Positions 13,082-26,590 are shown, counted from the first letter of the stretch. The stretch is DNA of 64,000 nt from Kudoa neothunni (GCA_964304625.1 OZ199838.1:6053944-6117943), one strand, 5' to 3'. Numbers and translations are program-made. Notes: generated by a model not told the origin, from the sequence alone.

Positions 13082-16000
13082 ATGAAAGGAGTATGGAAAG
13101 GTTTTATGAATTTGTTTGAAAAAGTCGAAAAAAATAATTCAGTGGATAAACCCAAAGATGTTTCAACGTCAGTTGACAACAACATCGAACCTAATCACTG
13201 TCCGTTATTACAAGAAGCTGAGCCGGCAAAATAGTAAATATATTTTTTAATGATTTAGCGCCCTCATTATAATTTATAATGCAGTATAAACGAACCAATA
13301 CCTTTTGAGAAGATTGTATGGAGAAATGCTGATTCGACTTTTTTACCTAAAAGTGGTTTTTCAACGAAAAGAAAATAGAGTCACATTTGTTTTATTTTAG
13401 TTGCGAAGTTTGGGAAAAATTTTACCGAATACATTAAACAAACTATAGACGACAATATTCTTACGCCTGATATCAAAACTAATGGTAAGTTGTGTTTTTA
13501 AAGGCAAATTTAAATCATATTAAGAAGATGAGAGAAAAAATTGTGGGGATATTCAACAGCAAAGTTATTAAACAATATAATTTTTCAACCTTTAACGTAT
13601 GTTGATTGTTTAGCTCAATCAACAGAGTCGCCATGTGATTATCAACTAACTGCAAATTCAAGGAAACGTAAAAGGTAACAACTCAACTCAATTCGGCTCG
13701 ATTGACAATAGTCAATGTTATTATCTCGTTTAGAATTGATATAAATGACGACAAATACCCACAATGGTCACAACCATAGTAATTATTATGATTTAATTCC
13801 TAGTCGTATGAGTGAATGTGTGTACCATTAGTGAGGAAAATATGCTGAAGCTATTGAAGTGTTCTCCATCATCCAATAACACAAGTATGCCCATTGAACA
13901 TCGTCGAATTGTTAAAACGTACGGTTTATAACAATGAGGAATTTTTATATGTTTGTTTTTTATAGAAAAAAAGCTATTAAAAAACCGATTGACGGTCAAA
14001 CCAATTTTGTAATATCAAACCAGCGTGAAGTTTATAATTTTGGTAAAAATCGACCCAAAAATTCTTACGGGCTACCGTCAGCATACGTAGCACATTATGA
14101 TGGAGGTTCAGCTGAGACCGAGAATAAGGAGACAATGCCAATATCTTTTGAGACATTGCGATTACTTAAAAAACGCTATAAGATCGAGAGTAACACTGCC
14201 AGTGGTAGTGAGTCGCCTGATTTGATAGAGTGGGATGGGAAAACTACTTGTGAAAAATGTGAATATATTTGTGCTGGAAAAATCAAGTATAAGAAAAGAA
14301 AACATCATCATTGCAAATATCATCACAGATCTAAATCACACAAACGTTCAGAGCGATCCTACTGTAACAGGTGTAATACTCGGATGGAGTCTGGTAAATT
14401 GGAGCGAAAGTCAGCCATCCATAAGACCAGAGAACCTGTAGCTGTTGTTGATAATCAAGCCAATAGGACTAAGCTAGTTGAAATTTCAATTCAGGCTGGC
14501 GATTCTATGCTCGAATCCCCCGAGAAGAATGTCTCAAATCAAACCTCCATCAAACCAAAATTACCAACATCTGGTGAGACTCTTCTACATAAAATATGTC
14601 AACAACCTCAAGTTGACAACAGCAAGAACAATGATGTCAATATTAAGTCAAATATTGTATCTCTAACTCCAGGAAACAACGACCTACTGGGTTCGACATG
14701 TGGTCTCACCGCTCTTGTTACAACGAAGAATGACAATGTCGATTGTCTGATGTCAAATAAGCCTGCTTCTATTATCACTAATTTCAATTTTCCTTCTGCA
14801 GTGGATAAAATTTCTAATGAAAAAGTATTAGGTGACAATAACAAAACGGTGACGCTTAATACTCCATTATCTTCATGTTCTACAACAAATTTCTCTTCCT
14901 CGGAAAATAACCCTGCCACTATCAGCAATAATTTCAATTTTCCTTCTGCAATCAATAATGTTTCTAATGAAAAGGTATTGGGTGATAGTAACAAAACGCT
15001 GTCGCTTAAGACACCATCGTCATTATGTGCCACAACAAATTTCTCTTCATCGGAAAACAAACCCGTAGTTGATAACAGTCTAAAACTAAATAGTGCGTTT
15101 TCCTCAGAAAATAAATCTGTAATTGATAACAGTCTAAATCCGAATAGTGCGTTTGTTTTGAAGAGGAGATCTGTTGAAAGTTCTGATGAACCGAAAAAGG
15201 CATTTGATTTTGGAATTAACGCTACATCTACCGTGGCGAATGAACCAACAAATCAGATTGATACCACACATAAACAACTATTCACTTTAACTGCGAATCC
15301 ACTGTCAACTATCTCGTCGGATAAATCTCCTATAAAATGTGATTGTTTGTTGTTATGGTTTATTTTAATTATCCTTATATATGATAGCTGTTAGTACAGA
15401 ATTCCCATCTAGCAGTGCTGCGTCGGGAAAGGATGGGAATCATGATAAAGAGTCTTCTAGCACATTTATCACCCCAAACCTTTGGAGGACACCATCAGAT
15501 TCCAACAACGCGTTTGACAATCATAATCTATTTAAAAGTACTGATTCTAATGAATCTGTTCCAGCTACTTTTTTTAATTTTAATCAAAATAAAATGAGCT
15601 CAGAAAGCACCACTACTGGTAATAAACCGAGTGAAAAGGATGGCGAGCACAATCTTACTTTTGATAAATCATCACCATTTAAATTTGGGTCAGATCCTCC
15701 TTCAATCGGTAGCAACGTTGTTCAATTTAAAGTGCCAGCTAGCTCTGGGGCATCAGACACCACCAGTAGTAACAAGATTGCCAAAGCAGTCGATTCGGAT
15801 ACACCTCAAACTGCCACATTAAATACACCAAATGAAAATAAATTGTTTGGGTTTGGCTCTACTTCTTTTTCTGCTGGCACTTTATCTCAAAGTGTGTCTG
15901 GTTTCGGGCAGAATTCTAAGCCTACTCAACAAATCACTACTTCAACCAATCTAGGATTTGGTTCCAACAATCAAATTTCTTCATTCAACTCACCAAATTT

Positions 16001-16713
16001 GTCTACAACCTCATTTGCTACTGCTAATAGTGGCACAACTTTTGATTCTTCTGCTATCACCTCTGTAGACCCAAACCAATTCATAAACAGTACTGGCAAT
16101 TATTCGTTTGGTGCAAATTCGAATCTTGGTTTTGGTGGTGCTCAATTGAATACTTCAATGCCCAGTTTCCCCATCTCATTCAATTCTGGGTTCGGATCCA
16201 CTACGACCAACCCTCTCACACAAAGCACTGCAGGAAGTATGTTGAGATGGTTTGGCGTTGTTAACTTCCGGTATAGACACTGGATTCAATTTAAACCCAA
16301 TCCCAAGCCAACTCGGCTCTAACAGTGAATAATGACATTTGGTCTCTGTATAAATTAATTTCTTATAGCTAATCAACTGTCATCTGACTTTGGACTATCG
16401 AACAATGCTCTTGCGTCTTCACAAGCGAAGCCATTTTCATTTCAACCAGGTATTATGGTTGAATACTTCGTTTATTAATTAATTGATAGCGGCTACTACA
16501 TCCGGATTCAATTTTAATTTTTCAGAAAGCCAACCAATGTTTTCTGATTCTCCAAAAACTTCTGAGCGTCCAGGTAGTGCTGGAAGCACTGACTTTTCTT
16601 TTGCCAACCCCACACCTTCGGTTCCCAAATTTGTTTCTTCTAGCGAATCAAGTGATCCATCTATTATGGCCTTTATGAAAAAACGCGCTCTGAGACAGAA
16701 ACGAAATCGATAG
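13082..16713 (+). CDS. FG-repeat nucleoporin, Nup153/Nup1-like, about 12 exons
   Basis: Continuous frame after splicing, from MKGVWKGFMNLFEK (amphipathic) through an S/T/N-rich region with FDFG, FKFG, FGFG, LGFG, YSFG and FNFNF to a basic C-terminus FMKKRALRQKRNR*, like the importin-binding tail of Nup153/Nup1. Confidence 0.72.
14756..15155 (+). repeat. Coding tandem repeats in the nucleoporin: 2 x 150 bp, then 2 x 54 bp
   Basis: NKPASIITNFNFPSA...TTNFSSSE starts at 14756 and recurs at 14906; then SSENKPVVDNSLKLNSAF / SSENKSVIDNSLNPNSAF. Confidence 0.95.
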
Positions 16714-17140
16714 TTAGTCTACTTCAACAACATATACACACGCACGATAATTGTTTCAAATTTATAATTATCATGAATCCTCATGTACAATATTTATTTT
16801 AACACCTATTTTTCACAAATTAATCTTTAATACTTACCCAAACGGTTATCTTCAAAATCAAATTGAAATATCTTGTCTTGTCATTTTGTTGATTGAATTT
16901 TTTATCATCATTTGGACACCTTATCTTTTTGCCGCAAATTCTGTTTGATTAATATCAAATTTGAGATAAATGATAGTCTGTCGTCAACTATTGACTGACT
17001 CAAACATAAAAATTAACTTTTTATGTACAGTTTAAATTCAACCATATTTCCATTCCCTTGATTATATGAATCGAATCCGTTTTTTCGGTAAGATCTTTTT
17101 CAGATGAGTTTTAAATCCGAAGGAGAAGTAACTTATAGAA

Positions 17141-17658
17141 CAGGGGTCGGCAACTCTTTTGAGTGACGAACCGAACTAACATACCATAACCATAATGCAG
17201 GACATATTCAAATTAATCCATCCAAATTTTAGAGTTAAATATATAAACAAGAATTTATAAAAGTCTTTATATTGGAAAAGTACGTCAAATCAATAATATT
17301 ATATTCTAATAGTTTTCACTTCCAAAGTAATAAACTCCTGCTTAACTTGTGAATGGACAATTTATTGGATGATTTCAAAAACATGATATATACCTATATG
17401 CCATTTTTAAAATATTTTACATTTTTATAGAAATTATTTAAACATTCATTAATTCCGGTTTTCCGATTTAATACAATTGAATTTTAGTTGGTTAAAATAT
17501 TTATATCGACAACACGTTAACATTTGGAGAAATTATGTAGAACAAATTTAAAAATTATTTAAGTATTTTAGATATTTGGAAAAATTTTTGTCAGTCAATG
17601 ATCAATGCTTAGCGGGCTGGATAGAAATAGCTGATGGACCGTAGGTTGCCGACTCCTG
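17141..17658. mobile_element. Non-autonomous hAT element (MITE-like)
   Basis: TIRs CAGGGGTCGGCAAC / CAGGAGTCGGCAAC; flanks TTATAGAA / TTATAACG. Confidence 0.8.
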
Positions 17659-19224
17659 TTATAACGTTTGAATTATAAAAATACATATAGTTATTTAAAA
17701 TTTTTATTAAGAATATGGCTTTAAATTTTATATTTAAAAAAATATATTCCTGTAAAATTAATTAAACATAAAAGATTCTGGCGAAATTTTGTACACGTAG
17801 ACAACGGCACGCCAATCAAAAGTAGGTTAATGGAGTTGGTGTGGCTAATCAAAAACCTCTCAACCTAAAATAATCCGTCAATAATTTTATATAAAACATG
17901 AAAATAGAAATTATTTTATTTTTTTAATTCTAAACTCAATTTATCCAACGATTAGAATATAATAGACTCATTACGACCATATAAAATAATATATTTTGTT
18001 AAAGAATGTTTCCAATAAATCCATAACTTAGTCTATAATGCATACTTAATTATTATCTACATTATCTTTATTATGTATTTTTTGGCGAATCACTTCAATA
18101 TGGCGTAACTCGGCATTGCGTAATTCATTATATTTTAATGCATTTTCTGATTCTTTTATCTTGATAAGGAAATAAACAATAATATACGAAATCAGAAACT
18201 CATTTTGACGGTTTAATTTTATATAAGGTATAAAAACTTTAGAAAAAGAGAAAAAATTGATGTTCTTGCTATTGCGTAACCGAAGTTGTTGAGTTTAATC
18301 CTTTTAACCTTGAAAATGCATTACAATAAAAACCTAATTTTGACTCTTTTTCAGAGATATTTTGAATATAAAATAATAATAAACCAACATTTAAAGTAAT
18401 GAATAGTCCTGGGTAGAGTTTTAACCCTCGAATCATCAAAGGTGGCGATGCCGTACCTCTCTGCTCAGGGCTGCCAGCGAGGTTTTAGAGAAAGCCAAAG
18501 GATGGACGGTCAAAAGACTCATGATCGAGAAAAACGCTAGCTTAAAGTACAACAAAATAAATTCGTATCTACTAAAGTTTTTAAGCTTCTTCTAATTCTA
18601 TGATTACGTCTACAGATATTAAATTTAAATTTATCGTCGTATTATTGCAATTTATTGACGCGAACACCCACTCATACTTAATGTCTAGTATAGATCAGTA
18701 TGCTCATAATTAATTAATTCATTCATTCATTCATAGTTCAAGATATATTTTGAAATAACGTTTAAATTTTCTAGTAATGTAGGACAATGTTAACTGAGTA
18801 ATTATGTAATCGTGTCACGTTAATCAATTTAATGTATTGTCGTTCAATATCGTATATGTTTAAACCTTGCACGATATAATCAGAATAGAATACGTTATTA
18901 AAAATATAAATATTAATATCGCACATAATAAAATTTGTGTTATTATTCAATGTTTACAGGTTTTCAATAAAAACCTAAGATTTTGTAAAAAATGAAAAAA
19001 CCCTTAAGAACCCAAGGTGACCATAAAAATCCCAAGATCTTGAGGAAAAACCCAGGCCATAGCTCTGCTGCTGGTTACGCATGTATTAAATTTAGTTGCA
19101 ATCCGTATAATCAATCATTACACCAATTAATCAAAAACCGAAGACCCTACAAAATTAATAAAGCTTTGTAAAAAATAATTATTTATATAATTTGCGAAGG
19201 CGTGAGTTTTCTATCGCATAATTT

Positions 19225-20111
19225 TCGCTTGGTCCCAAAAAATTACACAATATCGAGAATTCACTTTATAAAAAAAATAATTCTCATTGGTAGTAATCAC
19301 TAAAGTGATCAATATTTTTATTCTGCGCACTCGAGATATAATCATGTACATAGAAAATAGCAAATATTTAAATAAATTAAAAAAAATTAAATGACCCATA
19401 AAACCTCATAGAACGAGCAGGTCTATTTTTCCTGAAAAAATATGATCTAGAATGACACAAATAATAATATTTCATAACTTACAAATTGTTTTTATAGATA
19501 GAAGGACATTAATTTTTTAAAATATGTTAAATTATTTTAATATGGATCTTCTCGGGCATCTAAACATTCTGAAACAGTCAAATTTTAAAAGAAAGTAAGA
19601 TTCTATGATATTATTCCTTAACTGCTATTCAAACAGTAGTAAAATAAGCTAACAAGAAAAAATAATGGAATATAACAAGGATGTGTGTGATAACACAAAC
19701 AACCTGCAACTCTGAGATGGTCTCTGATATGTGGAATTAAGAGGAATTGGAAAATTATCGGATATAAATATTTTAATCCATCTCGAATAAATCCCAAAAA
19801 CAGTCTCCAGGCGATTTTTAGTCGTACAAAAGCTAATAAATGTTTGATTAATCGTTTTGGTTCTTAACACTAGAAAGCTCACCAAAAATAGTTACACAAA
19901 GGGGCCCACTGAGCCATTGTGTAACTTTTTGAAAAATCTGATAAAAACGTACATAGGATAAATAAATTTTTTGATTCCTGTACATATAATTACATAAGAT
20001 TTATGATATAATTAACGTAACATTAATTTTATTATATAGAATATCCTTATAATTTTATAAGCATTTAATTAAATTTTGGGACCAAAAAGGAGCCCACCGA
20101 GCTCTCTAGGG
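19225..20111. mobile_element. piggyBac-like end / non-autonomous remnant
   Basis: Right end CTCTAGGG|TTAA; repeated subterminal motif GCCCAC(T/C)GAGC at about 19904 and 20092; TGGTCCCAAAA (19230) inverted at about 20075. Left boundary uncertain. Confidence 0.45.
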
Positions 20112-22087
20112 TTAACTTTACATTAGGCGACTCCTAAATTTAAGCAAATTATATATTTATTCTTTGATTCTTAAGCCATACAAAATTTTATCCAACACTT
20201 TACATAAAAACACTAAAAAAATAGTTGTTAGGGCTGGTTGGTGCTAATCCGCTGATCGCGTCTCAAACCTAGGAGGAGGATTAGGAACACGTGTAGTTAG
20301 TACTGTTGTCTGTTCTTAATGAGTCTTCCTGGCAGCATCAACAATAGTAAATGGGATGTTCCTAATCGGTTACGCCCATACCAGAGCGCGACAAAAGGAC
20401 AATAAATCCGATTATGTATTCATGTTAACCGTAGGGATAAGACACAAGTCGATGTTATATCCAGCGTTGCCAACCCAAATCGGGCATGCGACAAAATTTT
20501 TGCCGGACGAAATCAGAATTTTTTGTAAAAACGGAACTAATATTTAATTATATGTATAAATACTATTATGTTAATAATTAACTCAGAAACTTCAAATTTA
20601 TGGTATCATTTTGTCAAAATGTTGAAAAAATTCCTCTTTAGAACAAGATTATCTAGTGTAGAGTACAACATTCTATTTCTTCTGATTTTTTCGATAATTC
20701 CAGAAGAAAAAATGCTCTTTCCGGATAAGCGTTAATCAGAAAGAAAGGAAGTAAAGATGTGCAGTATTTTCCGATAGAATTAAAATTTATTTGCCGTTAA
20801 ACAATGGCCAAAAAGACGATTGGTAATAATTTAGTCAAACAAACTTTGTTTTTGAGCATATTCAATTCCTTTAATTTCAAACAATTCTATTACTGCCTAT
20901 CGCTCGACATTTGAATTTCACGTAGCAACTACACTTAGATGAGGTTTTATTTTTATGTGCGACCATTCATTCATTCATTAAAATTAAGAAAAATTAGTCA
21001 AGTAGATAATATTTAGTTAAATTTCAATTTGTTTAGGTGATACCTAAAATTAGGATTTTTTGACAATTGATAACAAACTTGTAATAATAGCTTAGCATTG
21101 GATATCACCAACATCAGAGTTTTTTTAATTTTAGCATTCAGAATTCAAATAAAAAAATCCCTTCGTAATAATTCCAATATGGTTCATGGTCATGATAAAA
21201 CTGCCATGTCGCTAATAAAGATAAAAAAATCCAAAATGTTCGTCTTAACAGGAGTACAAAATTTAAAAATGTGTTCATTTTGTTAAATTTTTGGCATGTT
21301 TTTTAAGCTCAATTTGTGTATTACGTGGGTTTTAAGAATTATTGGAATTTCTAATTGTATCTTGCGTTTGGTGAACTTCTATTGGGGGCACTTTAACTTG
21401 AAATAAAGCATTGTTCCAAAAATAAAATTTTCTACTCGAAGATTTCTTGTAATTTAATCAGCAACGATTAAAGTCAATTTTTTTTAATTTGCAATAACTC
21501 CTTATCTTTGAAACATTGTTTTGCGATTATCCAGTATTTCGAGGTATAAGAGTAAAAATAGGACACGGTTGGAAACTCTGGTTTTATCCGATCTATCTAA
21601 TGAAAATATTAGTGTAAATAAAACAAACTTTAGAATACAATTTTAAGTTGATAAAATATTTTATTTATCAATATATTTTTTAAGGACAACAAATCCGACC
21701 TGATTTCTTGGAGATAGTTCATCCAAAGTTAATCAAGATAATCTATGTTCTATGACATATCATGTTAGATTGAGTATAAAAATACAAAAAAGTAACCCCA
21801 TTATGTTATTAGCAAAATATAGCCTAAAATTCCAGCGAATAACACAACTGGACTTATTTCGCATATTAAACTGAATGAGAAGGTTCAAAAATTCTCGATT
21901 TCTTAATTATAGTTTGCAACTGATAATTATAAAGTTATGAAGAAAAAAATGCATTTATTGATTTAAATATTTTACTTTTAATAAACAATGTGCCCCTACT
22001 ACATTTAAATGTAGTTATTACGAATTGATATCAACAATAATAAATATTATAAAGATAGCTAATGGCATTAATTTCGATTACAGAATG

Positions 22088-22771
22088 TTAGAGCATTACT
22101 AGAAACGTAATTAATGTAGTTTTTGGTTTCGTGCCGATGGACTCCGTTCGACTATGGTGATTATCCAGAGATTTTCCTTCAAAGGAGTCTTCAACAATGT
22201 AATGAAGGAAGGCATACATCGAATTTCTATTTTGAATCAAGATATGGGAGTCAACAACACCAGTCATCAGCTTAAAAATATATTTCATAGTCCCCACATT
22301 CGAATAATTATAAGCTAGTTGGGAAGGGCGCTCCTATTCAATAAACAAAGATCAAATCATAATCTATAGTTGCATACACGTATTATCGAGCCACACCGGA
22401 GATTGTAATCATCAGGTGCTTGGGATGTTATGCTAAAAGTTCACATTAGAACTCAACTAGATATTCTATTATTATCGTTCACTCTTTTAAAATGTTCTAA
22501 AATAGTGGTATATATCTATTCGAGCCATTATACCCATTAGTATAAAAGTAACAAGAATGGTAATGGTATATGGAGCGATGCAAGCATTTAACAATAACTT
22601 AACAACGTTAGAAATTCCATCGCCTTATTTTTATTAAATACATATAGTAAGTACAACACCCAGATAGGGTAAAAGAAATGAATTATTTTAAAAAATGAAA
22701 AAGTGCTGGGGTAACAAAAATGTTCCCAGTTGGTTCTTTGCATAAGTTTTTTTAAGTCGGTCACTCGAGGG
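22088..22771 (-). mobile_element. piggyBac relic
   Basis: End CTCGAGGG|TTAA at 22771; minus-strand fragments resembling the DYN..GG motif and TMKYIFKLMTGVVDSHILI of the transposase C-terminal region. Confidence 0.55.
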
Positions 22772-22866
22772 TTAACTGTTACTTAGAAGGTTTAAGGGGC
22801 ACTCCCCATCGGTTCGATCATCTGGTATTTCACCGAGATATCGCGATAAATAATCCTCTTTATGAC

Positions 22867-23200
22867 TGCACGTGCAATCGAGAAAAGCGTTACTCTTTAT
22901 TAATTGTTGCAAAGATAGCTTTGATATATTGACAGGTGAAAATTGTTTTATCATTTGGAGCGTTTCGTATGGTGTTAAAGGAATTTTTACGCAAATAAAC
23001 CTCACTAATCCTGGCGTTAAGCGATTAAAGGATTAGCTCGAAATATTCTCTTTTTCAGTGCATATCACAAGAGAACTTGCCAATATAGAATAACCAATTC
23101 TATAAAGGTTGGTTTTTAATACATTGTCGTTGAGATTGAAATGTTTTAACACCTGGGCCAATTTACTTGTAGCAAAACTATATATTTGGCACGTGCACGT
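22867..23200. promoter_or_regulatory. Two CACGTG E-boxes upstream of MAT
   Basis: TGCACGTGCA at 22867 and GCACGTGCACGT at about 23189, roughly 100 and 420 bp before the ATG. Confidence 0.4.
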
Positions 23201-23293
23201 AGGCTGCATTGGTAGTTGACTTGGTGGACGCTGCTCAACCTCGCATCTAGGACTGCATTTATTGGATAGCACTGGTTTTTTGTAGTTGATAAA

Positions 23294-24805
23294 ATGGATA
23301 GCCCTGCTGAAACATTTCTTTTTACTTCAGAGTCAGTAAGTGAAGGTCATCCAGGTGCACCATCTTTAGTTTGACTATTGTTTGTATAATCCGGTCGATT
23401 GATTCGTCTTCTTTTTAGACAAAATGTGTGACCAAATCTCTGATGCAATTTTGGATGCATGTTTACAGCAGGATGAAAATTCTAGAGTTGCATGTGAAAC
23501 AACTGCCAAAACGGGCTTGATACTGCTGACTGGCGAAATCAAGACCAAGGCCATAATTGATTATCAGTCTATTGTGAGAAATGTCGTCAAAGATATTGGT
23601 TATGATTCTTCTGAGAAAGGTTTCGACTACAAAACATGTTCGGTGGTTGTTGCGATTGAAAATCAAAGTGATGAGATATCTGAGGCTGTGGATCATATTC
23701 ACGAACCGTAAATATCTTCCGCTATAAGCTTATAATGACATATATATATATATATGTCTTTTTCTAATTCCAAATTAGAGATCAAAATCTTGATATGGGT
23801 GCAGGTGACCAAGGCTTTATGTTTGGATATGCCACCGATGAAACCACTGATCGCATGCCTCTAACTACAGTGCTCGCTCATTCGATCATTAGGCGATTAA
23901 CCGAATGCAGAAAAAATGGTACTATTCCATGGCTGCGTCCTGATGCTAAAAGCCAAGTCACAGTTGAGTACGCTTACGACGGCAGTGGAAAAGGTGGACC
24001 GGGGGCATGTATACCACTTCGAGTGCACACTGTTGTACTCTCCTCACAAACAACCGAAAATCTAGAATTAGATTACGTTCGTAAGACTCTGTTGGATAAA
24101 GTGATCAAAGTGATTGTCGAATTTTGGTTTGAGTTGTTGAAATTTACAATCAATTTTAGCATGTAATCCCATCCGAATATTTGGATGCAAAAACAATATT
24201 CCACATCCAACCATCTGGTAGTTTTACTATTGGTGGACCTAAGGTGATAATGTGGTTAATGATTATTTGTTTGAATTGTGGGGTGTGTTGTTTTAGGGTG
24301 ATGCCGGTTTGACTGGAAGAAAAATTATCGTAGATACCTATGGTGGATGGGGCGCTCACGGTGGCGGCGCTTTTTCAGGAAAAGATTACACCAAGGTAGA
24401 TTAGATTATTTTACTTTCACATATGGATATTTTTGGTCGAATTTGATTCGGTTTTGTTAACGAAATTTAATGCGTGTTTAGGTTGACAGGTCAGGTGCGT
24501 ACGCAGCAAGATGGGTAGCTGTTTCGTTGGTGAATGCTGGCATTTGTAGAAGGTGTCTGGTTCAAATCTCTTACGCAATCGGCATAAGTCATCCTCTTTC
24601 GCTGTTCATTGATACATACGGCACGTCCACTCTACCAACACAAAAAATAATAGATATAGTGAATAAAAATTTCGATTTAAGGCCCAGCGCTATAATAGAA
24701 CAGTTAAATTTGAGAAAGCCTCGATACAGAAAGACCTCATTGTACGGCCACTTCAAAAATGGCTACCCATGGGAGTTGCCAAAAAAGCTCGATATGTCTG
24801 ATTAG
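23294..24805 (+). CDS. MAT: S-adenosylmethionine synthetase (methionine adenosyltransferase), 6 exons
   Basis: [13 protein letters not shown]|[35 protein letters not shown]|[33 protein letters not shown]|VDRSGAY, YGHF; first introns 23355-23418 and 23708-23778. Confidence 0.97.
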
Positions 24806-24929
24806 CAATGATATACTGTGATTATATTAACATTAGCGTTGTGAATTCACTTGACTGTTATTTCTTTTTTTCGAGGGGCGAGATTATATTTTGATGGCTT
24901 CTTTAAGAGCTTATGTACCCCTTCATTAT

Positions 24930-26590
24930 AATGGATTGGGAATAGAAAACTACTCCAATACCCAATGAGACTTAGTTTATTGTATCGTTTGTTATTTTAA
25001 CTTCGAATTTTCTAAAATTACCTTTATTCATTCGAGATAATGTTGTTCGCACAGTAAAATAAATTCTTTTAATTCTCTAAAAAGGTTTTTTACCCGGGGT
25101 AAACTGAGTGACATCAACATTGGATAGGGGGAATTTTCGCGTAAAGAGGTTCGTGACTTACATAAAGATTTCTAAGGAATTATATTATTCAGGACTATTA
25201 AATTCATTGAGAAGTTGACAGAAATATATTAAAATTTTGTAGGAATAAGTATTTAACTAATATTTATAACACTATAATCGGTGTCTTCCTTATATGGCCT
25301 TTATTTTTTCGTGATGTAGCCTAATAATAATAATAATACTTAAAGTGACTATTTGCATGGTAAATAATATTTAGGTATCACTAGTTTTGACTATCATTAA
25401 TTATGGCTGGCCTCTAAGAGCGAAGGATTGGGATAGAAATAATTTAATAAAAACTTGAAAAGTAGAATAAACAACGATATACACTTGGTGCTTATGGGGT
25501 GAATTTGACCCCAGAGTTTTTATTGCATTAGATGATAACATAATATTTAAAGAAATGAATAGTTGAGTTTGATTGAATTCTGCAGAAAGAATACTAATAA
25601 AATAAGGAAAGCGTACATATACACGAGATCATATGCGATGACACGGATACATCTTTGTTACCGCACCGTTCGCACGAATTCACTCAAAACATACGGACAA
25701 AAGCCCAAAAAAGATTGTGATAAAATTTTTCTCATTGGCAATGAGAGCGACTCTAATGAAATATTTTATGTCATTTATTTTAGTTATCGAACGTCGAGTT
25801 CTGGTGGAACTGACGATAAAGACGAGGAGTTGAATGTGTTTTACGAGAAGACTAATGTTTATGACCTAAATTATATCCAATGGGCGACATAAATCAAATT
25901 ATATTGTTTTTGTGCGAGCTAAATTAGATTCGAGTTATTAATTTACTATTTTTACTTTTTCCCTTTCCCCGAGAGGATTACATAAAGTGGTTAACAACTG
26001 AAGGAAACTAACTTGTTACTCACGTTAAGAATGAGCCTAATTTATCTATATTTTTAGTAAAAAAATTGATTTATCTCACTAATTCGCTCCCATTAAGTCC
26101 AAGTCGACAAAAGCACAGGTTGCGCCAACAAATTCACACGAATTCGAACCATTTTGGATACACGCAATGTAAACCTTGGTGAAAATATGACAGAAATTTG
26201 TCGATAAATTTTTATTTAATTTTAAATGTGATTACACAACTATTTTTTGAATTTAACGATGCAATAATGACCTGGGGTCAATTTGACCTCAAATGCACCA
26301 AATGTATTATCGATTTTTCGGCGCTAGGAAGGTTAAACCAGTCTACAACCTTAAAGGAAATATGTATTTGACTTCCAATTTAAGGGGATAAATCTGGATT
26401 TTTTATCAAGCCGAGAATGAAAATTTGAAAAAATGGTTGAGAACCCTTGCTCCAATGAATTTGGGGTAGAAAACTATCCCATTAGGACTTTGTTTATTGT
26501 ATAATTCATTATTTATAACTTTTAGCTTTCTAAGATTTCGTGTATTCGTGCGAAATAATGTTAGTTACAACATAAAGTAAATTTTTTTAA
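24930..26590 (+). repeat. Diverged dispersed direct repeat of about 140 bp (24930-25070 and 26454-26590; partial third copy near 26627)
   Basis: AATG(G/A)ATT(G/T)GG..TAGAAAACTA...GACTT.GTTTATTGTAT...ATAATGTT shared between copies. Confidence 0.7.
25476..26332. mobile_element. Non-autonomous piggyBac remnant
   Basis: Right end GGAAGG|TTAA; inverted subterminal repeats TACACTTGGTGC..GGGGTGAATTTGACCCCAG; acidic N-terminal-like ORF fragment; end resembles the element at 56051. Confidence 0.65.

Noticed and set aside
14608-15060. 150-aa repetitive minus-strand ORF
   Set aside because: Antisense shadow of the nucleoporin tandem repeat.
15339-15394. Apparent C-terminal TM segment CLLLWFILIILIY
   Set aside because: Read-through into intron 15339-15387; splicing continues the frame.
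18421-22775. One large piggyBac from TTAA|CCCTCGA (18425) to TCGAGGG|TTAA (22771)
   Set aside because: Only 7 bp of terminal identity and no shared subterminal repeats.
22772-23272. Two minus-strand ORFs divergent from MAT
   Set aside because: Non-ATG starts, no recognisable motif; they overlap the probable promoter.
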